Shown here in pieces: positions 58,643 to 64,000 of a stretch of 64,000 bases of DNA. Each line of letters starts with the position of its first letter. The stretch's first letter is position 1. Origin of the DNA: Sedimentisphaerales bacterium (GTDB taxonomy: Bacteria; Planctomycetota; Phycisphaerae; Sedimentisphaerales; SM23-30); NCBI GenBank assembly GCA_963666285.1, contig OY762711.1, one strand, 5' to 3'. A program made the position numbers and the translations under genes. The notes below the pieces were generated by a model, which had not been told where the DNA came from, did not search any database, and saw only the letters and a list, made by a program, of their open reading frames with translations.

Positions 58643-59290
58643 ATGTTTGAAACAATTTCATTATTACTTCTGGTAATTGTTTTCGGCGTTATTTTTATCC
58701 ATTATATGGTTGTCCCATGCGGCTGTAAGCCGGAGCTGACAATTGGTGGATTGATAATACTGAATATTAAAAATATTCTTAAACTTATTTTTACCGGTGA
58801 GAAAAAATGGCTTGTTCGACTGCGTGTGCTGGCGTTTTGGCTCGGTGCTTTTTCGTTTGCGATTTTGTTCCTTACCGGTTTCACTCCGCTCGTCTCTGGT
58901 GTCAGGCTTCAAGGCTATTTGCTCATGCTTCACGCTACCTTCGCACCGGTATTTCTCGTTTGTGCTATGGTCGTTGTGCTCGGCGGGGCGGCTCAATATT
59001 GCTTCACTGCCAAAGATGGTGAAATTCTCTCCAAACCTGCCGAATATAAAGGCGGTCTGGGCGGCATTCTCACCGACACCGGCATAGCGGCCAAGGCGTG
59101 TTTCTGGATTCTCGCTATAATGACACTGCCGCTTACTCTTTCTATGGTATTGAGTATGCTGCCCTTGTTTGGCACTGACATGCAGGAGTTTCTTTTCGAG
59201 GCTCATCGCTGGTCGGCCCTGATTTTCGCCGCTTTCGCGATTTTTGAGCTGTATATTCTGTTGAGATTACAGATTTTAAGTATAGATTAA
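58643..59290 (+). CDS. Cytochrome b-like multi-TM membrane protein
   Basis: RBS GGAGG; hydrophobic helices carrying His (FIHY, MLHAT, EAHRW); directly follows the cytochrome c. Confidence 0.65.
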   Translation: MFETISLLLLVIVFGVIFIHYMVVPCGCKPELTIGGLIILNIKNILKLIFTGEKKWLVRLRVLAFWLGAFSFAILFLTGFTPLVSGVRLQGYLLMLHATFAPVFLVCAMVVVLGGAAQYCFTAKDGEILSKPAEYKGGLGGILTDTGIAAKACFWILAIMTLPLTLSMVLSMLPLFGTDMQEFLFEAHRWSALIFAAFAIFELYILLRLQILSID

Positions 59291-59651
59291 ATACATGTAA
59301 CTCATTGTTGAATACTAGGTTAAGAATGATATATTCGTCGCAGGTATGTACAATTTAAATTTGACATTATATGGCGTTGGAGTTATCATGTTTTAAAATT
59401 TCTTATGTAAATATTTGTCATGTTTAAGTTTATATAGAAATATCGCAGCATTATGAAAAAAACTCAATTGTTTATTCTTACTGAATATGGGGACTAAAGA
59501 TAGAATTGTATAAGATTTGTTGTAAGTTTGTTATTGTGCTAATTCAATGCTGATTTACCTGGCGACATGATTATAGGATGAAGTGAAATATAAATGCCAT
59601 TTGCGATGGCGCAGTCGTTGTAGAATAACTAAATAATTTATTTTAAGGAGA

Positions 59652-60974
59652 TTGGTTTTGGTTACATTTGTTGCACTTATGAGTACGTTTGGGCTTGGAA
59701 TGTGTTTTTCATTACTTGGGTCTATCAGTGTCAAGTTAATGCCGAGACTTAATATTGACCAGGGTAAATTTGGTAACCTCATTTCCGCCTTTATGTTTTC
59801 CTGTCTGGTTGGATCGTTGGTTACTGGAGTTGTATCAGACAAAATCGGTTATCAGCCTGTAGCTGTTATTGGTTTTTTCCTTACTGTTGCATGTATTCTT
59901 ATCCTGGCCTATGGCAAAACATATACAACTGTTGTCCTTCCTTGCCTATTGCTCGGTTTTGGTGCTATGGCTATGAATACTGTAGGTAATGTAATGGGGC
60001 CGAAGGTCCTTTTCAATGGTGAAAATCCTGCTGCCGCTAACAATTTGGTTAATGTTTTCTTTGGTTTAGGGCTTTTCCTTACTCCTATGATTGTCAGCTT
60101 CTTTTTCAATAAAACAACATATGAAAAGGCAGTATCAATATTAGCAGTTCTGTTACTTGTTCCTGGTGTTCTTGCTCTTATTGCAACTGATTATCCCAAA
60201 AGTGCTGGAAATGCCTTCTCTTTCAGCAATTCTGTTAATCTTTTATCAGAGCCGGGAGTTATTATTGCGGGATTATTGCTGTTCTGCTATATCAGTCTGG
60301 AATCTACTTTTTGTAACTGGCTGCCTTCTTTTGGTAAGGAAGTTGTAAAATCTGAAAATCCTGATATCGAAGAACAAAAAGCTGACGTTTCTGGTCAGAG
60401 TTTACTTTCCCTGTTTGCTATTGCTATGATGGCTGGGCGACTTGTTACCAGTTTTGTAGTTAAAACTGAAATTGGTCACTATTTTATTGCCGGTGCCGCT
60501 GTGGTTATGCTTGTTGTTATCTTTATGATGACTAATACAAAGAGTGGTGCTGCCACTAAAATAGCTGCTTTAATTACTGGTTTCTTCTTTGCCCCTTGTT
60601 TTCCTACAACCGTTGGAGTTACTTTTTCCAAGTTTTCTCCTGATGTTCATGGTACTATTTTTGGTACTATATTTGCCGTTGGGCTGGCCGGTGCTGTTAT
60701 CGTGCCTAATGCGATTGGTAAATTATCTAAAGGCGGCAGTATTCAGAAGAGCCTGAAACTTCTGCTGCCTCTTTGTGTCGGTCTTATTATTATGGCATTG
60801 GTTCTCGGTAATATCGGTGACGCTGAAGCAAAATCAACAGATGAAGTCAAAGCTGCTGATACAACAACTGTTATAGATGATACCAAGGCTATTTCCGAAG
60901 AAGCCGCGACAGCTGTTAATGAAGCTGCTGCTGATCTGACCGAAGAAGCTGCTGAGCAGAATAAAGAAGAATAA
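59652..60974 (+). CDS. MFS transporter (FucP/TsgA-like)
   Basis: RBS AAGGAG before TTG; ~12 TM; GVVSDKIGY, FFGLGLFLTP, APCFPT; acidic C-terminal tail. Confidence 0.88.
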   Translation: MVLVTFVALMSTFGLGMCFSLLGSISVKLMPRLNIDQGKFGNLISAFMFSCLVGSLVTGVVSDKIGYQPVAVIGFFLTVACILILAYGKTYTTVVLPCLLLGFGAMAMNTVGNVMGPKVLFNGENPAAANNLVNVFFGLGLFLTPMIVSFFFNKTTYEKAVSILAVLLLVPGVLALIATDYPKSAGNAFSFSNSVNLLSEPGVIIAGLLLFCYISLESTFCNWLPSFGKEVVKSENPDIEEQKADVSGQSLLSLFAIAMMAGRLVTSFVVKTEIGHYFIAGAAVVMLVVIFMMTNTKSGAATKIAALITGFFFAPCFPTTVGVTFSKFSPDVHGTIFGTIFAVGLAGAVIVPNAIGKLSKGGSIQKSLKLLLPLCVGLIIMALVLGNIGDAEAKSTDEVKAADTTTVIDDTKAISEEAATAVNEAAADLTEEAAEQNKEE

Positions 60975-61038
60975 AATACAATTTGTGTAGTGTTTTAATA
61001 ATTAGAAATGTAACTTTTAAACTTTTCAGGAGAGATGT

Positions 61039-61896
61039 ATGAAAAAGTTTGTTGTATTGAATCTTGTTATGTTGATGGCCCTGATCGCAGGCTGTGAGAA
61101 GAAATCGGACTCTTCTGATGAGCCTGCTGTTTCGGATAACGCCAAGACCGCAGTACCGAAAGATACTGAACCGGCTTCTCCCGCCGGTGCCCTGACCGAC
61201 GCGGTAGCAGACGCTGCTGATAAGGCAGAAGACGCTGTAAAAGCTGTCGAAGATAAAGTCGAAGCCGAAGTAGAAAAAGCTGTTGATACAGCTAAAGCGG
61301 CTGCTGATCTTGTACCGCTTGAACTGGAACTGCCGGCTCCTATGTTTGTCGGTACTCCGGAAAACCTTTCTGGTATCGACAATCTCGAACCAGACAGCAA
61401 ACAGGCTCGTCCGCCGTTTTTGGTACCGGCCGGTGTAGCTAATATCTCCAGGGGCAAAACTGTAACTGCTTCTGAAATGGATCCTATCATGGGTACTATT
61501 GATATGATCACTGACGGTGACAAGGAAGCTACTGAAGGCAGTGTTGTTGAACTGGGACCGTTCGAGCAGTGGGCACAGATCGACCTCGGCGAAGCAAAAG
61601 AGATTTATGCGATCGTGGTCTGGCATTTCCATAAGACAGCGAGAGTTTATTTTGATGTTGTCGTACAGGTTTCTGACGATCCTGAGTTTATCACCGGAGT
61701 TACTACTCTGTTCAATAACGATATCGACAACTCGCTCAACCTGGGTGCCGGTAATGATATGCACTATCTTGACAAGGCCGAAGGTAAACTTATTGACGGT
61801 AAAGGCACAAAAGGACGCTATGTCCGTCTTTACAGCCAGGGCAACAACCAGAACGACTACAGCCACTATATCGAGGTTGAAGTTTTCGGTAAATAA
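61039..61896 (+). CDS. Lipoprotein with Ala/Asp-rich linker and discoidin (F5/8 type C)-like domain
   Basis: Lipobox LIAGC; NISRGKTVTAS, QWAQIDLG, GRYVRLYS, IEVEVFG. Confidence 0.85.
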   Translation: MKKFVVLNLVMLMALIAGCEKKSDSSDEPAVSDNAKTAVPKDTEPASPAGALTDAVADAADKAEDAVKAVEDKVEAEVEKAVDTAKAAADLVPLELELPAPMFVGTPENLSGIDNLEPDSKQARPPFLVPAGVANISRGKTVTASEMDPIMGTIDMITDGDKEATEGSVVELGPFEQWAQIDLGEAKEIYAIVVWHFHKTARVYFDVVVQVSDDPEFITGVTTLFNNDIDNSLNLGAGNDMHYLDKAEGKLIDGKGTKGRYVRLYSQGNNQNDYSHYIEVEVFGK

Positions 61897-64000
61897 ATGC
61901 ATAAGAAGATTCTTTGTATAATCTTATTAGCTGTTTTGCTTACCGGCGCTGCTTTCTTTCGCTTTTGGCGGCTGGCAGATCGCCCAATGCATACAGATGA
62001 AGCGGTTCACGCAAAAAAAATGGGCATCCTTCTGGAGGAGGATGCCTATTTTTATAACCCGGACGAGTACCATGGTCCGACTCTTAATTATTCTACCTTG
62101 ATTATTGCCGCACTTCGCGGCGAAACTACTTACCCTTCACTTACCGAGACTACTTTGCGTGCTGTTCCGGCAATATACGGTCTGCTGCTCTGCCTTACTC
62201 CGCTGTTTTTCCTACGTGATATGGGCAAAAGAGCGGTATTGTTGTGCGTTGCTCTTATCGCCTTTTCGCCTGCCTTTACTTATTACAGCCGGTATTATAT
62301 CCAGGAAACCCTGCTGATCTTCTACACGGCATGTTTTCTCGGCTGTCTCTGGCACTGGCTGCGAAATGGCCGTTTCTGGTGGGCCTTCTTCGCCGGGATT
62401 AGCCTTGGACTGATGCATGCTACCAAGGAAACCTTTGTCTTTTCTCTTGTCGCTCTTGTTCCGGCTTTGCTTTATTATCGCTTTATCGACAGCAGGACCG
62501 GTCCAAAAACAATAAAACTATCAGGTATATTTGCCCTGATAATTTCTGCTGCTGTTATTTCTGCGGCCTTCTTTTCTTCTTTCGGCACCAACCCTCACGG
62601 CATAATCGATTCTGTTACCACCTATGCCAACTGGGCTGCTCGTGCCGGTGACCATAGTATCCATAGCCATCCATGGTATTATTACCTCGACCTTATCACC
62701 TGGGTAGAATTCTTTGAACCTCTCTCCTGGAACGAAGATGTAATACCTGCTTTTGCGATTTTTGGCCTTTGCATTGCCTTCCGCTATAATTCTGTAAAAA
62801 AATACAGCCTTATCCGTTTTATTTCGATTTATACCTTTGTTCTTATGCTCATATATTCAGTTATAGCATATAAAACGCCATGGTGTATGCTTGGTTTTCT
62901 TTATGGAATGGTTTTGATTGCCGGTTTTATGGCAGCTAAACTTACCGAAGAAATCTCTGGCAAATTATCTTACATTATCATTTCCCTGATCATTCTGTTT
63001 TGTGCTTTTGTCAGTCCTGTATTTCAAGCCTGGCAGCTAAACTTCAAATACTATGCCGACCAGACCAATCCGTATGTATACGCCCATACCGGTAATGATA
63101 TTTTCGCTATGACAGATGCCGTCGAAAGGGCGGTCAAAGCCTCCGGGGATGAAAATTCATCTGTTTATGTTATCTCCGATGACTGTAACTACTGGCCGTT
63201 TCCCTGGTATCTGCGCAAACTGAAATCTGTCGGTTTCTGGAACAAAATCGACAATTCCGTTTGCAAGGCTGCCATCGTTCTTGCCCGGGCAGACCACGAG
63301 CAGCAATTGCTCAACACGCTCTATTCTGTTCCACCGGCCGGTCAGCGAAATCTCTATGTACCTTTGTTTGACAGTCGTCTGGAGCTTCGCCCCGGAGTTG
63401 AATGGCGGGGATATATTCGTAAACAGCTATGGGACAAAATGCAGGCTCCTAAAAATAAAGAGGTAATTGTGCAGCCAAAAGATGAAAATTCTGAAGTTAA
63501 ACCACAGGTTAGCAAAGACGATATTCCAAATCTGATGAAATTCAGCCATGAGGCGATGCATACTAATTTTGCTATCTTTATCCAGGATGATCGCGGAACT
63601 TATTCCGGCAGGGCGGCACGCGCAGCCTTTAACGAAATTGACAAACTCGAAGCCCAGCTTAGTAAATTTATCGAAAACAGCGATGTCAGCAGGATAAACA
63701 ATCTTTCTCCCGGTGATTCAGAACTTGTCGATATAGACACTTTCAAATGCCTGCAGATTGCTCAAGAGGCTAAGATTCTGTCAAATGGTGCCTTTGATAT
63801 TACCCTTGGCGATGTCTTTCAAGCCTGGAAAAACAAGGAACCGGAAAAGGCAAAAGCACTTTTCGATGCCAAACAAACCGGTCAGCCCCTCGAATTTGAC
63901 CCGGAAGCATATACCGTTACTGTTCTAAAAGATGGTGTTACTATCGACCTCGGCGGCATAGGCAAAGGCTACGCTATCGATAAAATCGCTGAAGTTCTCA
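61897..64000 (+). CDS. TIGR03663-like GT-C membrane protein fused to an ApbE-type FAD:protein FMN transferase (3'-truncated; absent from the ORF track)
   Basis: Hand translation from ATG 61897 is open to the window end. It shows RPMHTDEAVH, YHGPTL, YYSRYYIQE, ATKET, YKTPW, NPYVYAHT, WPFPWYLR, then in frame EAMHT, SDVSRIN, SNGAFDITLG, IDLGGIGKGYAID. Confidence 0.88.
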   Translation, partial: MHKKILCIILLAVLLTGAAFFRFWRLADRPMHTDEAVHAKKMGILLEEDAYFYNPDEYHGPTLNYSTLIIAALRGETTYPSLTETTLRAVPAIYGLLLCLTPLFFLRDMGKRAVLLCVALIAFSPAFTYYSRYYIQETLLIFYTACFLGCLWHWLRNGRFWWAFFAGISLGLMHATKETFVFSLVALVPALLYYRFIDSRTGPKTIKLSGIFALIISAAVISAAFFSSFGTNPHGIIDSVTTYANWAARAGDHSIHSHPWYYYLDLITWVEFFEPLSWNEDVIPAFAIFGLCIAFRYNSVKKYSLIRFISIYTFVLMLIYSVIAYKTPWCMLGFLYGMVLIAGFMAAKLTEEISGKLSYIIISLIILFCAFVSPVFQAWQLNFKYYADQTNPYVYAHTGNDIFAMTDAVERAVKASGDENSSVYVISDDCNYWPFPWYLRKLKSVGFWNKIDNSVCKAAIVLARADHEQQLLNTLYSVPPAGQRNLYVPLFDSRLELRPGVEWRGYIRKQLWDKMQAPKNKEVIVQPKDENSEVKPQVSKDDIPNLMKFSHEAMHTNFAIFIQDDRGTYSGRAARAAFNEIDKLEAQLSKFIENSDVSRINNLSPGDSELVDIDTFKCLQIAQEAKILSNGAFDITLGDVFQAWKNKEPEKAKALFDAKQTGQPLEFDPEAYTVTVLKDGVTIDLGGIGKGYAIDKIAEVL

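Noticed and set aside
60916..61902. 328-aa minus-strand ORF
   Set aside because: Antisense shadow of the discoidin lipoprotein, which has an RBS, lipobox and domain motifs.
62105..63466. Short ORFs listed in the track near the window end
   Set aside because: They are nested within the long open frame starting at 61897.
1..64000. rRNA, tRNA, transposase, integrase or prophage genes
   Set aside because: No recognisable signatures on either strand by eye.

Overview
Bacterial chromosomal window, most likely a Planctomycetota (Phycisphaerae/Sedimentisphaerales-like) anaerobe. That assignment is inferred from dockerin-like C-termini, PEP-CTERM proteins and Tat-exported Gfo/Idh/MocA enzymes. In order the window holds: a C10 peptidase tail; an IclR-DUF4861-kduI-kduD uronate cluster; a beta-helix/dockerin-like secreted protein followed by five tandem mosaic PEP-CTERM genes; a 1760-aa trypsin-like/Ig-repeat surface protein; a compositionally mosaic stretch (18-29 kb) punctuated by REP-like hairpins and 7-nt repeat tracts; an octaheme cytochrome-TPR cluster; an SSS transporter with a large insertion; ubiE/menG; a FapA plus response-regulator pair; and a ~20 kb cluster of five Gfo/Idh/MocA enzymes, TIM-barrel/DUF1080, ThuA-HEAT, heptaheme cytochrome c, a cytochrome b-like protein and an MFS. 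The cluster ends in an ORF missing from the supplied track that fuses a GT-C (TIGR03663-like) membrane domain to an ApbE flavin transferase. The strongest novelty candidates are a ~180-200 nt dispersed intergenic element in three copies with compensatory base-pair changes, the diversifying PEP-CTERM array, and the exported glycoside-oxidation/cytochrome/ApbE locus. No rRNA, tRNA, CRISPR array or transposase was seen. All calls are by-eye motif recognition; no searches were run.
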